The notes beneath the pieces were generated by a model, which did not search any database, had not been told where the DNA came from, and saw only the letters and a list, made by a program, of their open reading frames with translations. The translations under genes and the position numbers were made by a program. A DNA stretch of 64,000 nucleotides from Spirochaetia bacterium (GTDB lineage Bacteria; Spirochaetota; Spirochaetia; SZUA-6; Bin103). Numbering within the stretch: position 1 is the stretch's first letter; each line of letters begins with the position of its first letter. The DNA is taken from positions 2,208,001 through 2,272,000 of the forward strand of contig OZ241863.1 in the NCBI GenBank assembly GCA_965203055.1, written 5' to 3'. Shown piece by piece: positions 8,938 through 19,262 of the stretch.

Positions 8938-11900
8938 ATGCGGGACAAGAGAACACCGAAACCGGGGGCCGCCGATAGCGTTAGGTCGATCACGTATCCG
9001 GCGAAGCGGAAGAACATTCCGCCGGCGGGGTTGGAGGCGCAAGGGGTGGTTCGGGAGACGCCGACGGTGCGGTACGACTACAACCCGCATCTGCCGCCGG
9101 CGTTGCGCTCCGCGCCGGACGCCGCGGTCGAGGACCGGCTGCCGGAGTTGCTGGCGGCGGCGCGGCGGCGGGCGCTCTCCGAAGAAGAGGCGGCGCTGCT
9201 GGCAGCCGCGCTGCGCCGGCATGAGCCGTGGCTGGAGTGGAGCGGCAAGCGGGAGCGTCCGTGGTTCGAGGTCGATCCGGTGGCGCTGCACATGCACGAA
9301 CGGGTCTCCACGCAGGCGATCCTGCGCGTGCTCAAGCGGCAGGACGCGCAGCGCGACCTGTTCGCCGATCCGCAACTCGACTACGCCCGGGCGGTGCAGT
9401 TCTACCGGCACGACGTGGATTGGGCGAACCGGATGATCCTCGGCGACTCGCTGCAGGTGATGGCAAGCCTCGCCCGCCGCGAGGACTTGGCCGGCAAGGT
9501 GCAGATGATCTACGTCGACCCGCCCTACGGGATCAGGTTCGCCTCCAACTTCCAGCCGCAGCTCGGCCAGCGCGACGTCAAGGACCGCCGGCAGGACCTG
9601 ACCCGCGAGCCGGAGATGGTCAAGGCGTACCGCGACACCTGGACGCTGGGCGTCCACTCCTACCTGGCCTACCTGCGCGACCGGCTGGCGATGGCGCGCG
9701 AGCTGCTCACCGCCACCGGCAGCATCTTCGTCCAGATCAATGACGAGAATCTTCATCGTGTACGCTCTGTTATGGATGAAATCTACGGAGCGGATAACTT
9801 CATCGCGATCATAGCATTCAAGAAGACAAGTGGACTGGGGACTTTCGGCGTCGGAAGCGTCTTGGACTTTCTACTCTGGTACGGTAAGGATAAGCAGCAG
9901 ACAAAGACTAGAGACCTGCTCGAGGACAAGAATCCTGGCACCTCCGGAAGATTCTACGATCATGTGTTGTTTCCTACAGGGGAACTTAGGCGATTCTCAA
10001 CATCTGAGAAAGATAGCATAGGAGAGGAAGATGGAAAATTGTTACAGGGGAGTGTTCTTTACTCCGAAGGGGCTACGGAAACAGGTAAATTCGAGATCCA
10101 GGTAGGACCATACAAGTTTCGTCCACCCGCCAATGCCCATTGGAAGACAACTCAAGATGGGATGAATCGTCTCCTCAGCGCCGATCGCGTATTCCTTAAA
10201 GGAAAAACCCCTCGCTATGTCCGTTATCTCGACGATTATCGATGCTATCCACTGACAAACGTCTGGACAGATACGGGATTTGGGGGGTTCGTCGGCGATC
10301 AATCAAAGACTTACGTGGTTCAAACTTCGTCGTTGATCGTAGCGCGATGCATGTTGATGACTACCGATCCGGGCGATTTGGTGCTCGATCCGACCTGCGG
10401 CAGCGGCACGACGGCCTACGTCGCCGAGCAGTGGGGGCGGCGCTGGATCACCATCGACACCAGCCGGGTGGCGCTGACGTTGGCCAAGCACCGGCTGATG
10501 ACCGCCCGGTTCGACTACTACCGGCTGCGGGCGCTGAGCGCGGAGGACGTGGCGCGCAACCCGAACGGCACCTGGATCGAGGGCACGGACGGCAACGGCG
10601 GGCCGAACGGCGCGCGGCTGACGCTCGATTGCCGGACGGTGCCGCACATAACGCTGCGCAGCATCGCCCGTAACACCTCGCTCGATCCGATCTTCGCCCG
10701 CCACGAACCGATACTGGCCCAGGCGCTCGAAGCCCTGAACCGTGCGCTCGCCGCGGTCACCGCCGAGACGCGGCGGAAGCTGGTCGAGAAGTTGATCGCC
10801 AAGCACCGCCGCGACGGCGCCAACGCGGTCACCGATGCCGACGTGCGGCGCTGGCTGCTGCCGGACACGCCGGGCGACCGGCTCCGCCCGGTCGGGGCGC
10901 GCCGGCCGCTCAAGGCGGTCACCGCGCGGCAGGCAGCCCGGTACCGCGACCGGATTCCGGCGCGGGAATGGCGCGCGTGGCAGGCGCCGTTCGACGCCGA
11001 CCCGGATTGGCCGCCGCCGCTGCAGGAGGCGCTGGCCGCCTACCGCGCCGCGTGGCGCGCGAAGATGGAGGAGGTCAACGCCGGCATCGCCGCCAACGCC
11101 GACGTCGAGGAGCTGGTCGACCAGCCGGCCGTCGTCAAGGGCACCGTCCGCGTCGCCGGACCGTTCACCATGGAAGGGGTGATCGCGCTGGAGGAAGGGC
11201 CGGATTCGCCCATCGGCGGCGCGCCGGAGGAGTTGGACGACTTCGGCGCCGAAGACGGCGCCGCGGCGGTCGCCAACGCCGAGGCGCATCTGGACAAGAT
11301 GATCCGCCTGCTCAAGGCGAGCGGCGTCCAGTTCCCCGGCAACAAGCACCAGCGCTTCGAGCGGCTCGACCCGATCACCGGGCCGGCGCTGATCCACGCC
11401 GAAGGCGAGTGGCTGAACGGCGCCGGCGCGGCTCGCACCGTGGCGGTCAGCGTCGGCCCGGAGGCCGGCAACGTCACCACGTGGCAGGTCGAGGAGGTGG
11501 TGCGCGCCGCCAACCGGGCCGGCTACGACGACGTGGTGTTCGCCGGCTTCGGCTTCGACGCCGCGGCGCAGGCCGCCATCGAGCACGCCGCGCATCCCCA
11601 TCTGCGCCTGCACATGGCGCTGATCAGCCCCGACGCGGCCATGGCCGACCTGCTCAAGACCCAGCCCGGCAGCCAGATATTCACCGTGTTCAGCGCCCCG
11701 CGCGTGGCCGGCCCCACCCGCCGGGAGGACGGCGATTACGAAGTCGAGGTAGAAGGAATGGACGTCTACGATCCGGTCTCCAACACCCTCGCCCCCACCG
11801 AATCGGCGCGCATCGCCGCCTGGTTCCTGGACACCGACTACGACGGGCGCACCTTCTGCATCTGCCAGGCGTTCTTCCCCGACAAGAGCAAGTGGCGCCG

Positions 11901-12093
11901 GCTGGCCAAGGCGCTCGGCAGCGCCGGCGTGGTGGACAAGGCCGCCTTCGACGACCTGAGCGGCCTGCGCAGCCTGCCGTTCGCCCCGCCGCCCGACCGG
12001 CGCGTCGGCGAACCGTGGCGCATCGCGGTCAAGGTGATCGACCCGCGCGGCAACGAGGGTCTGCGCGTGCTGACCGTCGAGGCCCCGGCATGA
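8938..12093 (+). CDS. mod: Type III R-M modification subunit (long form, ~1050 aa)
   Basis: NRMILGDSLQVM, YVDPPYG, low-GC TRD, VLDPTCGSGTT; C-terminal IAVKVIDPRGNE. Confidence 0.9.
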   Translation: MRDKRTPKPGAADSVRSITYPAKRKNIPPAGLEAQGVVRETPTVRYDYNPHLPPALRSAPDAAVEDRLPELLAAARRRALSEEEAALLAAALRRHEPWLEWSGKRERPWFEVDPVALHMHERVSTQAILRVLKRQDAQRDLFADPQLDYARAVQFYRHDVDWANRMILGDSLQVMASLARREDLAGKVQMIYVDPPYGIRFASNFQPQLGQRDVKDRRQDLTREPEMVKAYRDTWTLGVHSYLAYLRDRLAMARELLTATGSIFVQINDENLHRVRSVMDEIYGADNFIAIIAFKKTSGLGTFGVGSVLDFLLWYGKDKQQTKTRDLLEDKNPGTSGRFYDHVLFPTGELRRFSTSEKDSIGEEDGKLLQGSVLYSEGATETGKFEIQVGPYKFRPPANAHWKTTQDGMNRLLSADRVFLKGKTPRYVRYLDDYRCYPLTNVWTDTGFGGFVGDQSKTYVVQTSSLIVARCMLMTTDPGDLVLDPTCGSGTTAYVAEQWGRRWITIDTSRVALTLAKHRLMTARFDYYRLRALSAEDVARNPNGTWIEGTDGNGGPNGARLTLDCRTVPHITLRSIARNTSLDPIFARHEPILAQALEALNRALAAVTAETRRKLVEKLIAKHRRDGANAVTDADVRRWLLPDTPGDRLRPVGARRPLKAVTARQAARYRDRIPAREWRAWQAPFDADPDWPPPLQEALAAYRAAWRAKMEEVNAGIAANADVEELVDQPAVVKGTVRVAGPFTMEGVIALEEGPDSPIGGAPEELDDFGAEDGAAAVANAEAHLDKMIRLLKASGVQFPGNKHQRFERLDPITGPALIHAEGEWLNGAGAARTVAVSVGPEAGNVTTWQVEEVVRAANRAGYDDVVFAGFGFDAAAQAAIEHAAHPHLRLHMALISPDAAMADLLKTQPGSQIFTVFSAPRVAGPTRREDGDYEVEVEGMDVYDPVSNTLAPTESARIAAWFLDTDYDGRTFCICQAFFPDKSKWRRLAKALGSAGVVDKAAFDDLSGLRSLPFAPPPDRRVGEPWRIAVKVIDPRGNEGLRVLTVEAPA

Positions 12094-13280
12094 TCGACCG
12101 CATCGTCATCGAGAACTTCAAGAGCTTCCGCAAGGTCGATCTCTCGCTCGGCCCGATGAATCTGTTCATCGGCACCAATGCCAGCGGCAAGTCCAACTTC
12201 CTCGACGCGCTGCGCGTGCTGCAGGGGATCGGCAACGGCTTCACCATCGGCGAGATTCTCGACGGCAAACCGAGAAGCGCGACCAGCGAAGTATGGGAAG
12301 GGATTCGAGGCGGCAGCTCACTGACCTGCTTCGCCGGCAGCGATGGCAATGCGACGCTTGAGGTAAGTGGAATCACGTCAGCACGCTGGGAGTACACAAT
12401 ATCGTTCTCGCCGGCGCACGGACGAGTCACCCGTGAACGTCTTAGGGTGGACGGAGAAGACATTTACGACTCTATTCCGGTTAGCAACAAGAACGAAAAT
12501 CCTATCCTCTCGGTACAACACTACGCGGGAACACTAGAAAGGCCGTCGATGATGGAGTTTGACAGCTCCCGGCCGGTGCTCGGACAGCTTGCCAGTAGTT
12601 TGTTCGATTTTGGCGAATTCGCCGCGCGGACTCTCGTACTCTTGGCAAACTCCCAACGGATCGACCCGTCGCCGCCGGTGTTGCAGCAGTATTCGCAAGC
12701 CCGTCACGTGCAACGTCTTGGGGAGCACGGAGAGAACTTCGCTGCGCTCGTGCGGACGATATGTAAGGATAAGCGAAAAAAGGGCGCCTACCTGGCATGG
12801 CTCCAGGAACTTCGGCCGGACGAGGTGCAAGACGTAGGGACGTTGAGAGGTGCTGTCGGCGAGGCGTTATTCATGATCCGGGAAGGCGGCCGGGTATTCC
12901 CCGCGCCGGTGCTGAGCGACGGCACCCTGCGGTTCGCGGCGATTACCGCCGCGTTCTTTCAGCCGGCAATGCCTAAAGTCATGACGATCGAGGAGATCGA
13001 GAACGGCATCCACCCCAGTCGCCTGAGGTTGCTCATAGAGCTGCTGCGAAGTCAGACTGAATCGGGCGCAACGCAAGTCTTCGCCACTACGCATTCTCCG
13101 ACCGTACTCGAATGGCTCGAAGAGTCCGAGCACCGGACGACGTTCCTGGCCGCCCGTGACGAGTCCACGGGCGAGTCGACGATCCGACCGGTGATCGACG
13201 TGCCCCACTTCAAGGAGGTGGTGGAGAAGTATCCGTTGGCGGACCTGCTTGCGGAAGGCTGGCTGGAAGCCGTGCTGTGA
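12090..13280 (+). CDS. ABC-type (AAA_21-like) ATPase
   Basis: IENFKSF, GTNASGKSN, LSDGTLR, IEEIENGIHP, ATTHSP; ATGA overlap with mod. Confidence 0.9.
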   Translation: MIDRIVIENFKSFRKVDLSLGPMNLFIGTNASGKSNFLDALRVLQGIGNGFTIGEILDGKPRSATSEVWEGIRGGSSLTCFAGSDGNATLEVSGITSARWEYTISFSPAHGRVTRERLRVDGEDIYDSIPVSNKNENPILSVQHYAGTLERPSMMEFDSSRPVLGQLASSLFDFGEFAARTLVLLANSQRIDPSPPVLQQYSQARHVQRLGEHGENFAALVRTICKDKRKKGAYLAWLQELRPDEVQDVGTLRGAVGEALFMIREGGRVFPAPVLSDGTLRFAAITAAFFQPAMPKVMTIEEIENGIHPSRLRLLIELLRSQTESGATQVFATTHSPTVLEWLEESEHRTTFLAARDESTGESTIRPVIDVPHFKEVVEKYPLADLLAEGWLEAVL

Positions 13281-13837
13281 AGGTGCTCGTGATCGCGGAA
13301 GATCCGGTCCACAACGGTCAAGTCCTGAAGCCGCTGGCGCAGGCGCTGCTGGCTGACGCCGGCCGGGAATCGGCTCGGGTCCAGATCATGGGGAACCCAA
13401 GGATTCGCGGCTACGCGCATGCGCTGCGAGCCATCCGCAACGAGATCGTCGGTCGTTATCGATGGTACGACCTCTGGTTGTTCTTCCCGGATGCCGATCG
13501 TGGTAGTCGTGATGCGATGGAGCGGCTGGAGGCCGATCTCGCAGCGCAGGGTGTCTCGCTTCTCTGTTGTCCCGCGCAGCCCGAGGTGGAGATATACGCT
13601 TGCGCAGCGTTCCGCGGCGATATGACGGAGACCTGGAACGAAGCGCGAACAAATCCTCGAATGAAGGAAGAAGTATTCCAACCGCTTCTCGATCTGCACG
13701 GTGACCAAAGACGGCCCGACAGAGGTAGAGGGCTGATGATCAATCAGTCGTTGAGGAATCTTCCGTTGCTGTTTCAGCTGTGCCCGGAACTGAAGTGTCT
13801 GCGCGACCGGATCGCGGCGCATCTGAGCGAACATTGA
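13277..13837 (+). CDS. TOPRIM-like (DUF4276-type) partner of the ATPase
   Basis: VLVIAED, FFPDAD, PEVEIY acidic pattern; GTGA overlap. Confidence 0.6.
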   Translation: MKVLVIAEDPVHNGQVLKPLAQALLADAGRESARVQIMGNPRIRGYAHALRAIRNEIVGRYRWYDLWLFFPDADRGSRDAMERLEADLAAQGVSLLCCPAQPEVEIYACAAFRGDMTETWNEARTNPRMKEEVFQPLLDLHGDQRRPDRGRGLMINQSLRNLPLLFQLCPELKCLRDRIAAHLSEH

Positions 13838-16800
13838 GCGCTTCCGATACCGATACCGATACGCAGCTTCCGCTGCAGCCGGTCGAGGAGCCGATCATCT
13901 GCTCGCCCTACGCCGAGCCGGCGGCGCACTGGCTGTACGACACCGGCACCGGCCTGCCGTCGAAGATCGAGGGGCGGCGCGAGGCCGGCTACTGGTTCAA
14001 GACCGAGCGGGCGGGGAGCGCTCAGCAGGCGCTGTTCGCGGAGGAGGAACGGGACGATCTGCCGCTGGTGAACGTGCTGCGCGCCGACGTGCGCCGCTGG
14101 CGGCGGGCCGGCTGGCCCGGCTCGTCGCCGATCACCAAGAAGCTGCTGCGCCACTGGTGGCGCGAGGACCGCTCGCGGCGGCTGTTCTTCTGCCAGCTCG
14201 AAGCGGTGGAGACCGTCATCTACCTGCGCGAGCTGCTGGCGCGGGGCAGGAAGCCGCGCTGGACGCCGCGGCTCTCGCTGCGCGAGTTCGAGCTGCTCGG
14301 CAAGGGCCGCAATCCCCGCCCTGAAGAGTGGGTGGCCAAGGTGGCGCAGCCGCCCAAGCTCGCCGACTTCCCGAACAGCAGCGGCGGTCGGCCGATCCCG
14401 CGCTACGCCTGCAAGATGGCGACCGGCAGCGGCAAGACCGTGGTCATGGCGATGCTCGCCGCCTGGAGCTTCTGCAACCGCGGCGCGGCGCCCGCCGACC
14501 CGCGCTTCCCGCGCCGCGCGCTGGTGGTCTGTCCCAACCTCACCATCAAGGAGCGGCTGCAGGTGCTGCGCCCGGCCGCGCCCGGCAACTACTACGAGGA
14601 GTTCGACCTGGTGCCGTCCGCGCTGCGCCCGGAGCTGGCCAAAGGCAGGGTGCTGGTCACCAACTGGCACCGGCTCAGCCCCGACTCCGAGGAGATCCGC
14701 GTCGGCACGGTGGCGGTCGGCCGGATCGGCGAGGAGACCCCGGAGGCGTTCGCCCGCAACCGCCTGGGCGACCTGTACGACGGCGAGCCGCTGCTGGTGC
14801 TCAACGACGAAGGCCACCACGCCTACCGCCCGGCGCCCGCCGCCGACGACCTGCCGGCAACCGCGCGGGCCGAGCGCGAGGCGGCCACGGTGTGGGTGGA
14901 CGGACTGGACCGGATCAACGCCGCCTGCGGCATCGACGTCTGCATCGACCTGTCGGCCACGCCGTTCTACCTGCAGGGCAGCGGCTATCCCGAAGGCTCC
15001 CCGTTCCCGTGGATCGTCAGCGACTTCAGTCTGGTCGACGCCATCGAGTGCGGCATCACGAAAATTCCGCGGCTGCCCGCGGCGGACAACACCGGGCAGC
15101 CCGACCCCAAGTACTTCCGGCTGTGGGAACACGTCACCCGCGACCTGCGACCGGGCGAACGGTTGACTCGGGGGCGGCCGAAGCCGGAGGTGGTCTACCG
15201 CAAGGTCGAAGACGCCCTGCTCACCCTCGCCGGCGAATGGAAGGAGCGGTTCGAGCAGGCGCAGGCGGCCGCGCCCGGCCAGGACCGCACCCCGCCGGTG
15301 ATGATCGTGGTGTGCGACAACACCGCCATCGCCACCCACTTCCACCGCATGATCTCCGGCGAGGAACCGGACGCGGACCACCCGCAGCAAAAGCGCTACG
15401 GCTCCGGCATCAAGGGATTCCCCGAGCTGTGGAACGCCGCCGGCGGCCAGTACACGCTGCGCATCGACTCCAAGCTGCTCGAAGCCGCCGAGAGCGGCGA
15501 TCCCGCGGCCACCAGGAAGGACGCCGCTGAGGAGTTGCGCCGCATCGTCGCGACCATCGGCCGGCCCGGCGCGCCCGGGGCGCGCATCCGCTGCGTAATC
15601 AGCGTGAACATGCTCAGCGAAGGGTGGGACGCCAACAACGTGACCCACATCCTGGGGCTGCGCGCGTTTTCGAGTCAGTTGCTGTGCGAGCAGGTGGTCG
15701 GCCGCGGCCTGCGCCGCATGGACTACACGCCGGACCCGGAGACCGGCCTGCTCACCGCGGAGTACGTCGACATCTTCGGCGTGCCGTTCTCGCTGATCCC
15801 GTTCAAGGGCCGCGCGCCGGGCGCGCCGGCGCCGGCGGACGATTCGGCCCCCAAGCATGAGGTGACCGCGCTCCCGGAGCGGCAGGCGTTCGAGATTCGC
15901 TTCCCGGTGGTGGAAGGCTACGTCATCTCGCTGGAGCGCCACCGCGTCACCTGCGACGTCGCCCAGGTGGAGCGCACGGCGCTCGATCCGGCGAGCGTGC
16001 CGGTCGACACCTTCGTGCGGCCGCAGGTCGGCTACAAGGTCGGCGCGCCGGGCCACTACGGCGGCTTCGGATTCGAGTCCGTCGACCGGCAGCAGTACTA
16101 CGCCGCGCACCATCCGCAGACGATCGCCTTCGAGATCGCCCGCGACGTGGTGCGCCAGCTCACCGACGCGGCGGACGGCGGCAACGGCGCAGCCAACGGC
16201 AACGGCGCGGCCCGGCAGGTCGCGCGCCACGCGCTGTTCCCGCAGGCGCTGCGGATCGTGCAGGCGTATCTCCGGGAGCGCGTTGACCTGCGCGGCTGCC
16301 ACCCGTGCGAGATCGGCCTGCAGACCTACGCCGAACGGATCGCCGCGCTGCTGGCCGCCGCGATCCGGCCGCACGACTCCCAAGGGGAACGGCCGCCGCT
16401 ACCGCGCTTGAACCGCTACCAGCCGCTCGGCAGCACCGCGCGGGTCCGCTTCAAGACCGCGCGCCCGGTGCAGGCGACGCAGGCCAGCCACCTCAATTAC
16501 GTGGCCTGCGACACCGGCAGTTGGGAGCAGGCCGCGGCGGTCCGGCTCGAACGGCTGGCCGGGCAGGGCATCGTCGAGTGCTACGCGCGCAACGACCACC
16601 TGGAGTTCACCATCCCCTACCAGCACTACGGCGACGGCGAACCGCGCGCCTACGAGCCCGACTTCATCGTGCGGCTGACCAACGGCCTCCACGTGGTGCT
16701 GGAGATCAAGGGCCAGTCCCGCGCGGACACCGACGCCAAGCACGAAGCGGCCAAGCGCTGGGTGCGCGCCGTCAATCACTGGCGCCGACTCGGCGAGTGG

Positions 16801-16866
16801 CGCTTCCTGGTATGCCGCGACCCGCAGACCCTCGGCCAGCACCTGACGGCAGTTCATTCACGGTAG
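13834..16866 (+). CDS. res: Type III R-M restriction subunit (SF2 helicase + PD-(D/E)xK nuclease)
   Basis: KMATGSGKT, NDEGHHAY, MLSEGWD, QVVGRGLR, YEPDF..VLEIKG; TTG start overlapping upstream stop. Confidence 0.9.
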   Translation: MSASDTDTDTQLPLQPVEEPIICSPYAEPAAHWLYDTGTGLPSKIEGRREAGYWFKTERAGSAQQALFAEEERDDLPLVNVLRADVRRWRRAGWPGSSPITKKLLRHWWREDRSRRLFFCQLEAVETVIYLRELLARGRKPRWTPRLSLREFELLGKGRNPRPEEWVAKVAQPPKLADFPNSSGGRPIPRYACKMATGSGKTVVMAMLAAWSFCNRGAAPADPRFPRRALVVCPNLTIKERLQVLRPAAPGNYYEEFDLVPSALRPELAKGRVLVTNWHRLSPDSEEIRVGTVAVGRIGEETPEAFARNRLGDLYDGEPLLVLNDEGHHAYRPAPAADDLPATARAEREAATVWVDGLDRINAACGIDVCIDLSATPFYLQGSGYPEGSPFPWIVSDFSLVDAIECGITKIPRLPAADNTGQPDPKYFRLWEHVTRDLRPGERLTRGRPKPEVVYRKVEDALLTLAGEWKERFEQAQAAAPGQDRTPPVMIVVCDNTAIATHFHRMISGEEPDADHPQQKRYGSGIKGFPELWNAAGGQYTLRIDSKLLEAAESGDPAATRKDAAEELRRIVATIGRPGAPGARIRCVISVNMLSEGWDANNVTHILGLRAFSSQLLCEQVVGRGLRRMDYTPDPETGLLTAEYVDIFGVPFSLIPFKGRAPGAPAPADDSAPKHEVTALPERQAFEIRFPVVEGYVISLERHRVTCDVAQVERTALDPASVPVDTFVRPQVGYKVGAPGHYGGFGFESVDRQQYYAAHHPQTIAFEIARDVVRQLTDAADGGNGAANGNGAARQVARHALFPQALRIVQAYLRERVDLRGCHPCEIGLQTYAERIAALLAAAIRPHDSQGERPPLPRLNRYQPLGSTARVRFKTARPVQATQASHLNYVACDTGSWEQAAAVRLERLAGQGIVECYARNDHLEFTIPYQHYGDGEPRAYEPDFIVRLTNGLHVVLEIKGQSRADTDAKHEAAKRWVRAVNHWRRLGEWRFLVCRDPQTLGQHLTAVHSR

Positions 16867-17508
16867 AAGACGCGCCTGAACCACGCCACGAATGCCAAGG
16901 CCGCGGCGCTGTCGTGGCCGAAGTACTTGGCTCGAATGGCCGTGCCATAGGGCACCCCGGGTCTCTCTTGCCAGGCGAGCCACGCGTGCAGGACGGCCTT
17001 GCGCCGTGCGCTGTCGGGAAAGCGTGCGCCTCGCTCCTGCGCATGTTGGGTCGAGGTATCCGCGAGCGGCAGCAGCGGGTCCTTACTCTCGACGAGGTCG
17101 CGCAAGAACTCCTCCAAGGCGCCCGACCGCTGGTTGTCCGGCATCAACCAGACGCCTACGCGCGCCTGCACCAAGCCCGCATCGCCGGCCTTCCGGGGGA
17201 ATCTCGTCTGGCAGCGTCACGCCGACTGGTTTGAGTCGGCCACAAACGGCACTCCATCGATCTCCCGGGACCTCGTCGGCATCCAGTACGAACCCTATCG
17301 ATCGACCGGTACTGGCATTCACATCGGTCTGCATCCCTGCAAGCAGCCGATCTGCTCCGCCGGACGGATCCTCTTCATCACCACGGGCGTGTTTGATGCG
17401 GACCGGGATGCTCTCGCAGTCGACGCCGTGCCTCAACAGCAGATGAACGATGGCGTGAGTATCGTCATTGCCTTCGACGCGGAGGATAGACGGCTCGATT
17501 TGGGGCAC
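16854..17508 (-). pseudogene. DUF3226 (TOPRIM-like) protein, frameshifted near 17187
   Basis: VEGNDD and VLDAD in ORF 17083..17508 continue as GVWLMPDNQRSGALEEFL...KAVLHAWLAWQERPG in another frame (ORF 16854..17174). Confidence 0.8.
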
Positions 17509-17511
17509 CGG

Positions 17512-18594
17512 TCAGCGGAGCTCGATCTCTTGGTCGCCGGCTATTGCGATCTCTTCGCCGGCGAAGCACACGGCGCGCTCCAGCGACGGGTGCACTTTCT
17601 GTATGGAGACTTCCCCGGCGAGATCAGGCCGCGACTTCACCAGCGACCCGAGCCCTCGAATGGAGTCATAGCTGTGCGTCGTCGCGAAAACCTGCACGTC
17701 GGACTCTTTCGCCACTTGGATGAGAAGCCGCCACACGTCTTCCATGACGGTCCAGTGCAGGCCGGCATCGATCTCGTCGATCAGCAGGAATCCATGGTTC
17801 GCTCCGTGCAGGGCAAGCCGCAACGCGAGCAAGCGCCGCAAACCGTCTCCGTAACTGCCGATCGGCATCCGCCGGCCTCCTTCACGGCGTCCCACCAGGA
17901 TCGTTTTGCCCCTCGTTCTGTCCCCCGTCAGGAAATAGATCGAGGCGATCTCCGGCACGAGGAGCTGCATGTCCCGCGCGATTTCGTCCTCGCGTCCCTC
18001 GGCAATCACTTCGTCCCATGCGTCGCTCATCCTGGCATCCACCAGAGAACCCATATCCAGAAAGCGGACCGGAGGTTCGGAGGAGCCGTTGCGCCGGTAT
18101 CTCGGCCAGAGCTGATACAAGAGCGTACCTTCCTTGTCCACCGGCAACACGGTCGATCTCTCGGTCCCGGTGGCGATGCGCAGGCCAAATTCCGGATCGG
18201 TCTCGTCTTCTACATCAAGCGCACGCTGCCGCGTTCGACTTCTCATTAGGTCCCAGCGTTCGGCATCTTCCCCGACGTCATCAAGCGAAAGAATCGTCGC
18301 TGATATATCGTGCTGCTCCGACTTCAACACGAAACGAGTTCCGGGTTGGCACACATGGCCGGAGAACAGATGGGAGATGTCCACTCCATACCGCAACGAG
18401 CCAGTTTCGCGCCGCCGCCGGGCGACCTCTGCGAAGGCTGAGGGCCGGCCGTTGGAGACGAGCAGCTCGACCGCTTCGAGGACGGTCGTCTTGCCGCAGT
18501 TGTTCTTGCCGACGATCAGGTTCACCCTCGTCAAGTCAGTCAGCCGATAGGAATCGAAGCCGCGGAATCCGCGCAGCTCAAGCGTCTTCATCAT
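17512..18594 (-). CDS. ABC-type (AAA_15/AAA_21-like) ATPase
   Basis: GFRGFD, GKNNCGKT, YGDGLRR, LIDEIDAGLH, ATTHS. Confidence 0.9.
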   Translation of the reverse strand: MMKTLELRGFRGFDSYRLTDLTRVNLIVGKNNCGKTTVLEAVELLVSNGRPSAFAEVARRRRETGSLRYGVDISHLFSGHVCQPGTRFVLKSEQHDISATILSLDDVGEDAERWDLMRSRTRQRALDVEDETDPEFGLRIATGTERSTVLPVDKEGTLLYQLWPRYRRNGSSEPPVRFLDMGSLVDARMSDAWDEVIAEGREDEIARDMQLLVPEIASIYFLTGDRTRGKTILVGRREGGRRMPIGSYGDGLRRLLALRLALHGANHGFLLIDEIDAGLHWTVMEDVWRLLIQVAKESDVQVFATTHSYDSIRGLGSLVKSRPDLAGEVSIQKVHPSLERAVCFAGEEIAIAGDQEIELR

Positions 18595-19073
18595 CAGGCG
18601 CGGGCGACCCACGCTACGCCGGTGCCGGTGGTTTGGCGGATGCGTTCGCTGAGCTGGCCGGTGTGGTGCTGGAGATGGCGCAGATTGTAGGCCAGCCGCT
18701 CCACCGGGCCGAACGGCAGCCACGAGAAGCCCGACTCGGCGCCCAGGTCCAGCGCCGCGATCTGCCGGCGCGCGTGGCCGCGGCAGAACTCCAGGAACTC
18801 CAGGATATTCTCCCGCGTATAGGCGGCCGCCTCCTTACCGAGATCCTCGGCGCCGTCGCGGTGTCCGCTCCAGGGGCGGTGCTCCGCTACGGTCCGAAAC
18901 AGGTAGAGATGCGCGTAGAACAGGGCACGGTAGGCGATGTGCCAGAACCGGTTGACCTGCTCGGCGCTGTCCCAGGCGTCATCCGGGCACGCCCGCACCG
19001 CCGCCTCCAGCATGTTCAGGCCGGCCCGGAATTGGGCATCGAACGCGGTACGAATGGAATCTTCTGCTGCCAC
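18594..19073 (-). CDS. DinB family protein (copy 1)
   Basis: AVRACPDDAW, FWHIAY, YNLRHLQHHTGQL; TGATG coupling to ATPase. Confidence 0.85.
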   Translation of the reverse strand: MAAEDSIRTAFDAQFRAGLNMLEAAVRACPDDAWDSAEQVNRFWHIAYRALFYAHLYLFRTVAEHRPWSGHRDGAEDLGKEAAAYTRENILEFLEFCRGHARRQIAALDLGAESGFSWLPFGPVERLAYNLRHLQHHTGQLSERIRQTTGTGVAWVARA

Positions 19074-19170
19074 GGTTCGATGGTAGGCCACAACGGGGGT
19101 ACTATCAACAGCGAACCGATGGACGCCGCCAGCGCCAGCCTGCCGATCAACCTTGCCAACCTGCTCCACG
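18609..19170. repeat. 562-bp direct repeat, copy 1 (dinB + divergent promoter + 5' end of the AlbA-type gene)
   Basis: Colinear with 20961-21522 (offset 2352) with scattered substitutions. Confidence 0.95.
19080..19108 (-). promoter_or_regulatory. Leaderless sigma70-like promoter of dinB (duplicated at 21432-21460)
   Basis: TTGATA-17bp-TACCAT-6nt-GTG. Confidence 0.6.
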
Positions 19171-19188
19171 GCCGCGGTGTCGAGTCGG
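19119..19188 (+). pseudogene. 5' stub of AlbA-type ATP-binding protein gene
   Basis: MDAASASLPINLANLLHGRGVES then breaks; nearly the same start as 21471 gene. Confidence 0.65.
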
Positions 19189-19262
19189 TATCGCTCGGCG
19201 CCCGCAGCCGACGACCTGCCGGCGGCCACGCGGACCGGGCGCGAGGCGGCCACGGAGCAGGT
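19189..19262 (+). pseudogene. Relic fragment of a type III res gene
   Basis: 63/74 identical, ungapped, to 14824-14897; YRSAPAADDLPAATRTGREAATEQV vs YRPAPAADDLPATARAEREAATVWV. Confidence 0.85.

Noticed and set aside
12090..13837. Calling the pair PARIS (ariAB)
   Set aside because: DUF4435/AriB membership cannot be confirmed by eye; only the architecture is similar
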